Of a stretch of DNA of 64,000 nt, positions 1-9,400 are shown piece by piece. The notes under the pieces are model-generated. The model was given only the letters and a program-made list of their open reading frames with translations. It was not told where the DNA came from and ran no database searches. The DNA lies in the IMG/VR virus record IMGVR_UViG_3300023278_002893, positions 62,001 to 126,000 of that record; one strand, given 5' to 3'. Position numbers and translations under genes: made by a program. The first letter of the stretch is position 1. Every line of letters starts with the position of its first letter.

Positions 1-111
1 ACCCTCTCCTGCTAAAAACTGAGCCCAATTCACGGCAAAACGCACCTCCAAACCCCCATAGGCATTTATATGGTGCTGCTCAGGCCCATAACTACAAACG
101 GCTATCTTCAT
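1..111 (-). CDS. Partial CDS (N-terminus only, runs off left edge), possibly a GT-B/GT4 glycosyltransferase
   Basis: ATG at 111 overlaps the upstream stop (ATGA). Translation MKIAVCSYGPEQHHINAYGGLEVRFAVNWAQFLAGEG; MKIA...GGxE is typical of GT4 N-termini. Confidence 0.4.
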   Translation of the reverse strand, partial: MKIAVCSYGPEQHHINAYGGLEVRFAVNWAQFLAGEG

Positions 112-827
112 ACTAATAAATCCTCATCTAATCCGGTTATCAAATTTTGCGTTTTCTTCAGTACCGTCAACCCGTGCACACTTGCCTCTGGCCCAAACCC
201 TCTGGTGCCGTGATGAGTAGTAAATCCTTTACCTTGTCGGGTAGACACGATCTCATTCAGCAGATCGGCACCGATAGCGGCGGGGGCGGTATCTTCAATT
301 ATGTAAAACCCACCATCTTTCACAAACGGCCAAAAATCTTCAAAACTAAACTGGCAAGCATCCGCATCGTGGTTACCATCATCTATAACGATATCGAAAG
401 GCCCGTGCTTCTTCGCAATAGCTTTCATAGCAGGTCGATCCCTCTGATCTGCTATTTCATAGATAACTTTGGAAAGGGCTGCTGGATCAAAATCGGACTG
501 TCCTTCATATCTATTATGATCTACACCAATAATCTTGGTGTCTGAATGGGTAAAAAAGTCTTGGAAATATTCCATGGACGCACCATAATATACCCCAAGT
601 TCTAAAACTTTAATAGGTTCGTGTTTGAACGGATCAAACAGCACTTCGTATACATCTATAATAGAAGCATCCCATTTACTTGTCGAATATTTGAAGTAAG
701 GTCGCGTGACATAATGGCCCTTATCAAACCTAACCCAACGCGTACTGTAAGGCACGTCTGGATTATCTTTATGTGGATGTGGTGAGTCGGGAGGCATTCG
801 TCCCCACTCTTTAAAATCAACACTCAT
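108..827 (-). CDS. Class I SAM-dependent methyltransferase (sugar O-methyltransferase-like)
   Basis: Motif I VLELGVYYGAS, IIGVD, FDIVIDDGNH, and KDGGFYIIED. Confidence 0.75.
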   Translation of the reverse strand: MSVDFKEWGRMPPDSPHPHKDNPDVPYSTRWVRFDKGHYVTRPYFKYSTSKWDASIIDVYEVLFDPFKHEPIKVLELGVYYGASMEYFQDFFTHSDTKIIGVDHNRYEGQSDFDPAALSKVIYEIADQRDRPAMKAIAKKHGPFDIVIDDGNHDADACQFSFEDFWPFVKDGGFYIIEDTAPAAIGADLLNEIVSTRQGKGFTTHHGTRGFGPEASVHGLTVLKKTQNLITGLDEDLLV

Positions 828-846
828 GGTGTAATAACCCCCTTCA

Positions 847-1542
847 TTATGATAAAATAACCTGGCCGAGCGTACCTCTAGCTCTTAGCATTTGGGAAGC
901 ACACGCGTGAGAGTCGCACGGATAGCGCACTACCTCCACTCCAGGGCACGAGGCTATATGATTTGCATGATTCAAATCCTGCTGGCAGTCCTCCCCGATG
1001 TGAACTTTATACACTGTCTTCCCATTATAGTCCTTTATGACCTCCTTCAGATCACGAAAATCATTTTCAGGTGCTATGGTTGCGGTGTGCAGCTGTTTAC
1101 ATTTGTAAATTGTGGGATCATCGTGCTCTCTCCCCCAGTCTTCGTACAAAATAACCTGGGGACCAAAAGCATGCACGGAATCGACCTTCAACCAGTGCCC
1201 AAATAGTATTGACCCGTAGCCTCCTGCAGAAACCCCCACACAAGTTATACGCGAAGGGCGCATCGTGGTGATTAACTCTCTTAGGCACGCAAGAAGGTCG
1301 TGTGCATTAAGAATATTAGCATCTATCCCTAAATGATAATACGCCATATAGGGATCCCGTATAAAGATCTTTGAATGTGCGGACCCACTAGTAGCCTTAA
1401 CGAATTCAAAGTTTGCCAACTCATTTAACCCACGGGCATGTCCGGTAAATGCTATAACCAAAGGCGCCCCCACACTAGTCTCCCACATTATATGGGGGGT
1501 AACTAGTGCCTCTGTGTCTACCAAGGTATTACCTACCATCAT
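847..1542 (-). CDS. Alpha/beta-hydrolase-fold protein (glycan acyl-esterase/transferase-like)
   Basis: Nucleophile elbow GVSAGGYG, AFGPQ, C-terminal His (DSH); located inside a glycan cluster. Confidence 0.55.
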   Translation of the reverse strand: MMVGNTLVDTEALVTPHIMWETSVGAPLVIAFTGHARGLNELANFEFVKATSGSAHSKIFIRDPYMAYYHLGIDANILNAHDLLACLRELITTMRPSRITCVGVSAGGYGSILFGHWLKVDSVHAFGPQVILYEDWGREHDDPTIYKCKQLHTATIAPENDFRDLKEVIKDYNGKTVYKVHIGEDCQQDLNHANHIASCPGVEVVRYPCDSHACASQMLRARGTLGQVILS

Positions 1543-2114
1543 ACCAATCCTTTACCGCCTGTTTTCAAAAACACCGAGGCCGCCCACTTCATCGGGAGAG
1601 ACGGATTATTGGGATCCATCATCTCCTTACCGGTGTAGGGATTTAATCCGTAACTATAAAAGTCAAGGATATCTCCACCGGCCCAAGACCCCATGGTGTT
1701 GTAAGCGTCCATATGGCCGGGGCTGTCTGTGTTATCCATAAAGATCGCATACTTAGCTTTGGCGTAACACTCCTCCATACACTCTCTACGAAAGTGTCCG
1801 TCTACGAAAACGAGATCAAATTGACCCTCATATTCATGAATCAGTTTGGAGTAGCCTGCAATGTCAAATTTTCCACCAATGTCTGCTTTCAGCACGTACT
1901 CTACGTTTTTAATGTCGTGTTCTGCCAACTCTCTAGCACATGCTTCGTAACAATGCGGCATTCTATCGACTGCCACCACTTCTCCCGCATTCTTCCCGAA
2001 CCACAGAGTTGACTTTCCAGAGCCATACTCAAAGATTCTCATGTTTGGTTTCACAAAGCCAACGAGCCAATCATATGCGTCATAAGGAATAAAAGGTCTA
2101 ATATTATCTTCCAT
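1539..2114 (-). CDS. SAM-dependent methyltransferase
   Basis: IFEYGSGKSTLWF, VVAVD, FDLVFVDG, MDN. Confidence 0.7.
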   Translation of the reverse strand: MEDNIRPFIPYDAYDWLVGFVKPNMRIFEYGSGKSTLWFGKNAGEVVAVDRMPHCYEACARELAEHDIKNVEYVLKADIGGKFDIAGYSKLIHEYEGQFDLVFVDGHFRRECMEECYAKAKYAIFMDNTDSPGHMDAYNTMGSWAGGDILDFYSYGLNPYTGKEMMDPNNPSLPMKWAASVFLKTGGKGLV

Positions 2115-2117
2115 AAT

Positions 2118-2672
2118 TTACTCCGGGAGCCTGATCAAAGCGGTACCCTTACCGCCAATAAATAACTCACAATGAAATCCTGCTTTCGAAAGTTCTCTAA
2201 CCAGTATCTCAGGTCCTGTCCTCGGAGCCTTCACATCGTGCACCCCTACCAAACCACCGGGACGAACCATTGGGGAATAATTGTCCCAATCCGCTCTTGC
2301 AATTTCCTGAGTGTGCCCCCCATCTATCCAGAGGAAGTCATAGGGTGCATATTCTCTCACTTTTTCTATGATTTCCTGACTAGTAGAATCCCCTTGTATG
2401 AATAAAGGAACAGGTGCTTCGGGGAAATCAACCGTAAGCTGGGTATGATCTAAATCTAGGGACACCACCCTCTCAGAAGTAAGTAATTGCCAGAAACGAG
2501 TAGTCCCCCCGTACTGTACTCCTATTTCCAGGGTACGTGTAGGTCGGAGAATGTTCAACCTTTCAACTACTGGCCACAGCTCTTGGGGATCTTGAGCAAT
2601 CTTAGCACCCATTCCCCCCAATTCCTCGTTAAATATCTGATCGAAGCTACCTTTATCCATTAAACATCCCAC
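2118..2672 (-). CDS. SAM-dependent methyltransferase (Methyltransf_24-like)
   Basis: LEIGVQYGGT, IQGDS, YDFLWIDGGH, VRPGGLVGVHD. Confidence 0.75.
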   Translation of the reverse strand: MGCLMDKGSFDQIFNEELGGMGAKIAQDPQELWPVVERLNILRPTRTLEIGVQYGGTTRFWQLLTSERVVSLDLDHTQLTVDFPEAPVPLFIQGDSTSQEIIEKVREYAPYDFLWIDGGHTQEIARADWDNYSPMVRPGGLVGVHDVKAPRTGPEILVRELSKAGFHCELFIGGKGTALIRLPE

Positions 2673-3502
2673 TTTACGCGAGGATCATCACCCATCTTAG
2701 CTTTAATAGCCTCCTCGTTACCTTGGTAATGTAATATAGCAGCGTCAAATGCACTCTCTTTGTACATTGACCAGTACGCATTGTATGCGGAAGGTAGTTG
2801 TTCGTAGGTATCTGCTGTTTTTACCGCGGCGATAGTTAACGCAGTCTGTGTAAAATTGTGAGGACACTGCTCAATCCCGCTGTTGCGGATCTTCTTAGCT
2901 ATATCTAGCCAAGCTTCTGAAAACCCCCGACCATTCCTGAAAAAAACCAACGCAGAGTTGTAATAAAAGGTGCAGGACTTCCCTCTTATCTCGTTCTGAA
3001 AGGCATCTCCTTCCCCCATCCCCTCCTTAAACTTCTCCTCCGGAGGAGTAACTCCCACATGTTCGTAAAGCTGTTTCCAAATGTGGACATGTTCTGACCC
3101 GGCCCAACGTTGAAACTCACGTTCTGGGCCTACTGCTGCTATGTCCACCTGTTTGTCCAAGAGAGCTTCAAACTTCTCAGTATCCAAGACATACATATCG
3201 GTATCTATCCACAGAGCAAATTCGGTTGACACCGGGGTGCTGGCTGCTATGATTTTGTTACCGACACGCTCACACCCATTTCCTAGGGGTTCTCCCCCCA
3301 CTACCTTACACCCTGCGTTAGTTAGCCAGTCCTGGGTTATTTGTGAGGGGGAGTGATCCCTGGCATACCACATTACAATAGGAACATCTTTATACCTACC
3401 CCCGTTGGTTCTGATAGAATACACAAGCCTTTTGGCCATGGGCTCGAAGTCCGGATCAGGACGCTTCTCGCAGGCGGAAATAATAGTAACTTTGTTTGTC
3501 AT
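2660..3502 (-). CDS. GT-A fold glycosyltransferase-like protein (GT8-like)
   Basis: DxD motif WIDTDMYV, YYNSALV, YNAY, ILHY. Confidence 0.55.
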   Translation of the reverse strand: MTNKVTIISACEKRPDPDFEPMAKRLVYSIRTNGGRYKDVPIVMWYARDHSPSQITQDWLTNAGCKVVGGEPLGNGCERVGNKIIAASTPVSTEFALWIDTDMYVLDTEKFEALLDKQVDIAAVGPEREFQRWAGSEHVHIWKQLYEHVGVTPPEEKFKEGMGEGDAFQNEIRGKSCTFYYNSALVFFRNGRGFSEAWLDIAKKIRNSGIEQCPHNFTQTALTIAAVKTADTYEQLPSAYNAYWSMYKESAFDAAILHYQGNEEAIKAKMGDDPRVKWDV

Positions 3503-3532
3503 TTCTCATTCTCCTGTGAATTGCCTTTTCTA

Positions 3533-4552
3533 TTATTCAAACTCCTGATATAGTTCCGCAAAAGGCAAAGGGTGGGTACCTTGGTAGGTCAGCAGGTCGC
3601 TGTCCGTTTCCTTGGGGTTCTCTGTAAAAGCGTAACTGTCATACTCCCTAGTAGTAAAATCGTAGGGAGGTAATTCTGATTCCTTGGGTAGATTTTCTTC
3701 CGCGTGGAAAAAACTATCTACATTACGTACTCTACGGGCAATAACCTCCGGATCACCGATACGCGAGTAATGATACAGCCAAACATTGGTATTTGTAATA
3801 TCTGGCAGAGTGGGAGACTGCGCGGTGGGCGGGCGGATGAATTCAGGGAGAAGAACGTACAACTCCTCCGGTACAGGAAAATCCCCCAATTCAATTTCAC
3901 TCATCGGAACGTTTCGACAATTCTGTATCACAGATCTACAATTCTGGCCATCAAAACCATCGTAGGTATAACAATCTTTCCGAGTCAATCGGGTAATTTC
4001 AACCGTCCAATCCTTACGGATAGTGTGTATATTTCCGTAGAAATAAGGACGCCAAAAATCAAAACCCGTGATGCGGCCGAACTCTGCTAAATATTTCTCA
4101 ACTAAATGTTCCTTAATCGCGGGGGTCCTCGGTTTCAGCAGGGCGGCTCGAAGTGTATCCACCCAGGCGGCATACCTAACAGCCTCCCGAATCATTTTCG
4201 CATCATCTTCATGAAATGCCTCATCCTGCTGAACACATAGTCTCCACTCAGTATCAGGACTACATGCATCTACAGCAACTTGACTCTGGTGTCCTATCTC
4301 CAAGCCCTTCTTCATGTTATCCATGTTCCAGGGAGATTCGAATAGAACTATACCCAACTCATCGCGGAGCTGGAGAGCTAACTCGCGGGTACCATCGTCC
4401 GTCGTAGGGTCATATGACAATACCACTTCATCGCAGACAGGAAGCAACGCTTCCACACACTGGCGCAAAGGATACCCAAACTTTACAGAGTTCCTGGCAG
4501 CAACACAACCGCTTATGCTATTTTGTTCCTGTGACATGAAGCTCCCAGTCAT
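3533..4552 (-). CDS. Glycosyltransferase family 2-like protein
   Basis: ISGCVAARN..YP, CDEVV, DDGT, QQDE, LYHYS. Confidence 0.65.
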   Translation of the reverse strand: MTGSFMSQEQNSISGCVAARNSVKFGYPLRQCVEALLPVCDEVVLSYDPTTDDGTRELALQLRDELGIVLFESPWNMDNMKKGLEIGHQSQVAVDACSPDTEWRLCVQQDEAFHEDDAKMIREAVRYAAWVDTLRAALLKPRTPAIKEHLVEKYLAEFGRITGFDFWRPYFYGNIHTIRKDWTVEITRLTRKDCYTYDGFDGQNCRSVIQNCRNVPMSEIELGDFPVPEELYVLLPEFIRPPTAQSPTLPDITNTNVWLYHYSRIGDPEVIARRVRNVDSFFHAEENLPKESELPPYDFTTREYDSYAFTENPKETDSDLLTYQGTHPLPFAELYQEFE

Positions 4553-5111
4553 TCTCTACGACCCTACGCACGTTCTTGAATCCTGCTCGCTCCATGCGAG
4601 GCTTAAAAGACTCGAACGTGTACATAGCCTTGTGCGCTCCCCACTCTGTGTACTGCCCTGGGTGGGGGACTTCACCGTCTGGCATACAATCCCTCTCCCA
4701 GTCAGGGTTGCCGGAGATCTTCTCCCAACCATCGGGACCGCCAGGGTAATCGGAAAATCCTCCAAACAACGCGATCATGGTCTCTTCAGTGGAATGAGTC
4801 CCATCTACATAAGCGTGACATAAAAAGTCCAAATCAGGCATCTTGAGCCTAATGATTCCACTTGGTTTCAAAACTCTATACCACTCCCTAAGGACAGCGC
4901 CCACCTCTGTGTAGGAGAAATGTTCAACCGTATGGGCAGAGTAAAGATCATCCACCTCGTTGTCTGATATCCAATCCAGATTACGAACGTCTGACTCCCT
5001 ATCAACATTACCCACCTTTACAGCATCAACGTGGTAATATCCGGGCTCTCCGTGCGGGCCAGACCCCAACTCTATACGAACAGGACTACTTGCTGACGTC
5101 AGGAACTGCAT
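4518..5111 (-). CDS. Methyltransferase type 11-like protein
   Basis: IELGSG, YSAHTVEH, EWYRVLKPSG..PD. Confidence 0.7.
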   Translation of the reverse strand: MQFLTSASSPVRIELGSGPHGEPGYYHVDAVKVGNVDRESDVRNLDWISDNEVDDLYSAHTVEHFSYTEVGAVLREWYRVLKPSGIIRLKMPDLDFLCHAYVDGTHSTEETMIALFGGFSDYPGGPDGWEKISGNPDWERDCMPDGEVPHPGQYTEWGAHKAMYTFESFKPRMERAGFKNVRRVVENDWELHVTGTK

Positions 5112-7068
5112 CTGATACTTTCTTTTTAGTAGTCTGCCTGAATGACAAGCCTTTCTTATCTTTGGACAGACTAACTGTTACCTTCGACCCCGCACCAACG
5201 TCCTCTCCCAAGATCGCCTTGGCAAGGGGGGTGTTAAGGAACTTCTTTACTGCCCTTCGCATCGGGCGAGCGCCGAACTTCTTGTCGATGCCTCGATCTA
5301 AGAGGAAGTTTTTGGCACCCAGATTGAAAGTAAGAACCAACCCTCGGGATTTCTTGACCTGCTCGTTGATCTCGGCGAGGAGAATATCCAGAATGTGCAT
5401 GTAATCTCCACGCTCCAGCAATCGGAAATGAATCACATCATCAACCCGGTTCAAGAACTCCGGTTTGAACTTCTTCTTCAGTGCGGCCGAGCGTGCCTTG
5501 GTAGTCTTGGTCTCGTCCGCCTCGTGCTCCCCACCAAACCCCATAGTCTTGCCTACATTATCTACTTCCTTAACGCCGATGTTCGAGGTCATGATAATGA
5601 AGCACTGCTTGAAGGAAACTTTCTTACCCCCCTTACTCTCCGTAAGAACACCATCATCGAGGATCTGGAGGATGCGCTCGTGAAAATTACCATGTGCCTT
5701 CTCGATCTCGTCAAAGAGAACAACCGAGAAAGGATTCTTAGATACTTCCTTAGTCAGATGACCACCCTCATCATACCCCACATACCCAGGAGGGGAACCA
5801 GTTAGTTTGGCTACCTCATGAGACTGCTGGTATTCCTGACAATCTATCCGCACAAGATGTGCGTCCAGAACCTCAGCGAGAGCCTTCGCAGCCTCGGTCT
5901 TACCTACACCTGTATTACCGGTAAGCAGGAAGCAACCTAGGGGCTCGTGGTCACGTTTAAGTCCCACCGAAGCTCGCTGGATAGCATCTGTCACCATCTC
6001 TATAGCCTCATCCTGACCAACAATGTGCTTCTTCAACTTGTCGGAAAGATTAAGTAGGGTTTCCTTAGGAACATCCTCAAATCTCTTTCTTTTAGAAGAC
6101 GCAGACTGGCTCTCTTCATTCCCCGCCGCTGACATTCTTCTATTGTTCTTAGTCTTAGATCGCTGTCTATCCTTGAAATCTGCACGGATCTTCTTCAGAT
6201 CGACATTCTCCAACTTGAGAAACGGATTATAATCTATAGCGATTTCATACAGCTCCTGTACCAGCTTAGCGGGCTTAGTGTGCTGCGTAACGCCCATAGT
6301 ATCCAACAGATGGAAGATATCAGCAAAGTCTTCGATGCACAGATGTACTATCAGAAGATGATAGCCGCTAATGGTCTCAAATGGCGTACCTCCCAACAGC
6401 AATGATGCGGTATCTTCGTCTGCTTCATACTGACGAATGTTCAATCCCACACCTATCTTCTTCCAACGGTGTCCAATCAGCTCATAGGGCACATCGTCTT
6501 TGCCCCCACCGCCCCCGCCCGGGCTATCCCTGAAGGGGTTATCGGGAGGTGATTCGTCCTGGGGACCATCTAAAGAGCCGATCTCATCATCATCAAAGAA
6601 GGGATTCCTAGGCCCCTCTACCGCATCCGGCGCGCGGGTAATAACCGCAGGGCCGAAGTCGGAAAGCGGAGGGTCCTGATCCCATAGAGAATTACTGGTG
6701 AGGGGACGAGCATCCTCATCCTCCCGCACAGTGGCTTCGATCTTCATTACATTGTTATCATTTATCATGATATTCTCCGGCAAAAACGCCGGACAATACT
6801 TATAGACCAACGACAACGCTTCGGCCCTAATCTCTTCGACCCTCGTATAGAGTTCTTTTCTCCTGCGAAGGTGGTAGAAAAAAGGTGAGGAATTTGCCAT
6901 GCAAGTTCCTAGCACAAAATCCTCATAAAACACCCGATACATGAGTCCCTTATCGGGGGAGAGCAACGATAACTTATCATTTACATCCCCATCAGGGTAT
7001 TCGAGGATCATGACATGGAAATCCGCAGACTCCAAAAATACCTTATGTGTAACATAAGCTTTGGACAT
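5086..7068 (-). CDS. Clp/Hsp100 ATPase with a single (D2-type) AAA+ module and an unrecognised N-terminal half
   Basis: IVGQDEA, Walker A GNTGVGKT, pore loop GSPPGYVG, Walker B VVLFDEIEKA, MTSN, MGF loop, FKPEFLNRVD, sensor-2 GARPMRR; no D1 module. Confidence 0.85.
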   Translation of the reverse strand: MSKAYVTHKVFLESADFHVMILEYPDGDVNDKLSLLSPDKGLMYRVFYEDFVLGTCMANSSPFFYHLRRRKELYTRVEEIRAEALSLVYKYCPAFLPENIMINDNNVMKIEATVREDEDARPLTSNSLWDQDPPLSDFGPAVITRAPDAVEGPRNPFFDDDEIGSLDGPQDESPPDNPFRDSPGGGGGGKDDVPYELIGHRWKKIGVGLNIRQYEADEDTASLLLGGTPFETISGYHLLIVHLCIEDFADIFHLLDTMGVTQHTKPAKLVQELYEIAIDYNPFLKLENVDLKKIRADFKDRQRSKTKNNRRMSAAGNEESQSASSKRKRFEDVPKETLLNLSDKLKKHIVGQDEAIEMVTDAIQRASVGLKRDHEPLGCFLLTGNTGVGKTEAAKALAEVLDAHLVRIDCQEYQQSHEVAKLTGSPPGYVGYDEGGHLTKEVSKNPFSVVLFDEIEKAHGNFHERILQILDDGVLTESKGGKKVSFKQCFIIMTSNIGVKEVDNVGKTMGFGGEHEADETKTTKARSAALKKKFKPEFLNRVDDVIHFRLLERGDYMHILDILLAEINEQVKKSRGLVLTFNLGAKNFLLDRGIDKKFGARPMRRAVKKFLNTPLAKAILGEDVGAGSKVTVSLSKDKKGLSFRQTTKKKVSDAVPDVSK

Positions 7069-7085
7069 TTGATATTTCCCTTTCC

Positions 7086-7967
7086 CTAGAGGTTAGATGC
7101 AGCCCTTATTACTTTGATCGCTTCTGCATGGGTTAACTCTTCAAATACCTGCTTGGGGGCACCTAGATCATCCACAATACCGGGCGCTAGTTGGATCATG
7201 TCCGGTTGATTCTTACCTCTCTTCTCCGCAAGACTCTCCAACGCACCCTTCTGAGTAGAAGTAATACCCTTTTTAGAATTAGGATCCTCAAAAGGATTAG
7301 GACGCTCGCTCGAGGTGCTCGCGGCTACCGCTGCCGGCGGGCGGGGTGGTGGAGCAGGGCGCTGCACGGCTTGCGGTGGGGCTGGAGGAGAGGGCCTCTG
7401 CACGGCAGCGGGGGCAGGGACTGTTGGACGTGGAGGCCCGCCTGCAAACGGCTGTGCGGGCGGATCTGCGGGCGCTGGGGGGCGCGACGGCGGAGTTGGG
7501 CGAGGCGGCGGGGCGAGCGGGAGCGGAGACGGTTTAGACGCAGCGGTCGTCGAGGGGCGACGAGTTGGAGGGGTGAACGGAGCAGGCACGTCGTCCAGAT
7601 AAAGCTCAAGAGCCACACCCAACTGACTTGCACACTTCTTCAACCCATCACTGGCAGCTCCCTTCAGGGCGGCACCTGTATCAACACCTTTGTTAATGTT
7701 GCAGGAACCAAACTGCTGCTTAACTATAGGACTACCCTGCGAGTCCCACACCTTCAACTCAACCAAAGCGACAGCCAGGCCGTCAAAGATTTCGTGCTTA
7801 ATTATCGTAGTATCCCAAGCATAGTCGAATGCTTCGTTTAGAAGCTGAATCGCGTGCTCTGTTCCGATGTAATCGAAGGTCATTCCATGACCACCCTGTC
7901 GTTGCTTAACCCTTGAAGGGTCTAGGGGTCTTTGGATAACCTCTTTTGCCTGATCGCTAATTGACAT
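7086..7967 (-). CDS. Rad52/Rad22 (Sak-like) single-strand annealing protein with Pro-rich linker
   Basis: VKQRQGG..FDYI..AIQLLNEAFDYAW...ALKGAASDGLKKCASQLGVALELY, followed by a Pro/Ala-rich tract and a small C-terminal domain. Confidence 0.8.
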   Translation of the reverse strand: MSISDQAKEVIQRPLDPSRVKQRQGGHGMTFDYIGTEHAIQLLNEAFDYAWDTTIIKHEIFDGLAVALVELKVWDSQGSPIVKQQFGSCNINKGVDTGAALKGAASDGLKKCASQLGVALELYLDDVPAPFTPPTRRPSTTAASKPSPLPLAPPPRPTPPSRPPAPADPPAQPFAGGPPRPTVPAPAAVQRPSPPAPPQAVQRPAPPPRPPAAVAASTSSERPNPFEDPNSKKGITSTQKGALESLAEKRGKNQPDMIQLAPGIVDDLGAPKQVFEELTHAEAIKVIRAASNL

Positions 7968-8272
7968 TATGAATTCTCCTGCACTGTCTCTGTCCCCTGC
8001 TCCGGCTCAGTATATGTCTCGCCTTCTGGAAGAGCCATACCTTCGCGGGGAAAAATCTTTGTCTTCGTCACACGATCGGTGAGCTTTAACTTGTTGGCAA
8101 GTAGATAGGAATTAACTACGGGATCGTTGCGTAGAATATCACAAATAAATAGCATACGGCTATAATCACCGCCTGAAACACTACCCCCTACTGCAAGTTC
8201 TCCGACCCCATCGAAATGCTTAATCTCAGGAAGAACTTCTTCACGGGCGCTTACCCCTTTGAATTCTGACAT
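7967..8272 (-). CDS. Hypothetical protein
   Basis: Start refined to ATG 8272 (MSEFKG), preceded by AAGGAG; a promoter lies just upstream. Confidence 0.6.
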   Translation of the reverse strand: MSEFKGVSAREEVLPEIKHFDGVGELAVGGSVSGGDYSRMLFICDILRNDPVVNSYLLANKLKLTDRVTKTKIFPREGMALPEGETYTEPEQGTETVQENS

Positions 8273-8296
8273 TTGTATCTCCTTAATTACCCACCA

Positions 8297-8325
8297 ATCA
8301 TATGATGGGGGAGGATGTAAGTCAA
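8297..8325 (-). promoter_or_regulatory. Sigma70-type promoter for hyp-rad52-clp ATPase genes
   Basis: TTGACT-17 nt (TACATCCTCCCCCATCA)-TATGAT in an intergenic gap. Confidence 0.65.
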
Positions 8326-8339
8326 GCCCACAACTCCAT

Positions 8340-9086
8340 TTAATCACTTTTTTTAGCAGCCTCGTACTTATCAAGGGCCCGTAGAATGTTGATAACTATC
8401 TCACTCCGTACCACATCTTCAGTCTGAAAATTGATCACAGCCACATCATCTACTTCCTGAAGCACTTCCTGGAGTGCACCTAAGCCCCCCAACCTACCCT
8501 TCGCAAGATCGGACTGGTAAGGATCACCGTTGATAACCATCTTACAGTTCTCACCTACGCGAGTAACCGCCATAACTAGTTGATCAAAAGTGGCGTTCTG
8601 TGCCTCATCAATGATAACAAAGCAATCATCAAATGTACGACCACGCATAAACGCCAGAGGCGCAATCTCTATGTAATCCTTCTCCAACTTTTCGTTAACA
8701 ATCTCCACAGACGCTATGCTATGGAGGGAATCAAAGATCGGACGCAAATAGGGGTTAAGTTTCTCCTGAATGTCTCCGGGCAGAAAGCCAAGCTTCTCAC
8801 CCCCCGCCTCTACTGCGGGTCTGGCTATAATAATCCTCTTGACTTGCTTAGACCACAGATGACCCAACGCCTCATAAACCGCTAGGTATGTTTTACCTGT
8901 ACCTGCAGGTCCTGATGTGATTACAATGCTGTTGTTCTCCACCGCATCCAGGTACGCTGCCTGGTTTTCATTACGAGGAACTATTTTTTTCAGTTTAGCA
9001 AAGGTGCGTTCCTTAACTGGGGTGTTATTTTCTTTGCCAGATCTGCTACCACTATTGTTACGACTTCGGGTTCTATTTTTAGGCAT
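8340..9086 (-). CDS. phoH: PhoH family ATPase
   Basis: PRNENQ, GPAGTGKT, RPAVEAG.EKLGFLPG, PLAFMRGRTF, IIDEAQN, GDPYQSD. Confidence 0.93.
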   Translation of the reverse strand: MPKNRTRSRNNSGSRSGKENNTPVKERTFAKLKKIVPRNENQAAYLDAVENNSIVITSGPAGTGKTYLAVYEALGHLWSKQVKRIIIARPAVEAGGEKLGFLPGDIQEKLNPYLRPIFDSLHSIASVEIVNEKLEKDYIEIAPLAFMRGRTFDDCFVIIDEAQNATFDQLVMAVTRVGENCKMVINGDPYQSDLAKGRLGGLGALQEVLQEVDDVAVINFQTEDVVRSEIVINILRALDKYEAAKKSD

Positions 9087-9155
9087 TATAGTACGTCAGC
9101 CTCCTTGGAGGGAGTTATCCCCGCAAAACCTATAGGCAGTGCGGGGTAATGACTA

Positions 9156-9398
9156 TTACTCTAGGGACAGGAGTTCATAGAAAACTTCGCCAAAAGTATA
9201 TTGGAACATAGGCCCATCAAACTTCTTATGGTTCCCACACACACATCGGATTTCGGCGGTGAGAAATATCTTCTCTCTCCTGTCATCAGGCATCTCGTCG
9301 TAACCCTGTTTCCATATGGCATAAAGTTGATCATAAGAAACCGGGGTCGCTGAATTACACGCATCGCATCTTAAGTTTATGTCCATTGTTTCCTCCAT
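9156..9398 (-). CDS. Small hypothetical Cys-containing (Zn-binding-like) protein
   Basis: CDAC...CVCG; fits the operon. Confidence 0.55.
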   Translation of the reverse strand: MEETMDINLRCDACNSATPVSYDQLYAIWKQGYDEMPDDRREKIFLTAEIRCVCGNHKKFDGPMFQYTFGEVFYELLSLE

Positions 9399-9400
9399 GT

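Noticed and set aside
7191-7841. Arg/Gly-rich plus-strand ORFs and GC-rich stretch resembling a repeat or foreign insert
   Set aside because: This is the antisense of the Pro/Ala-rich Rad52 linker.
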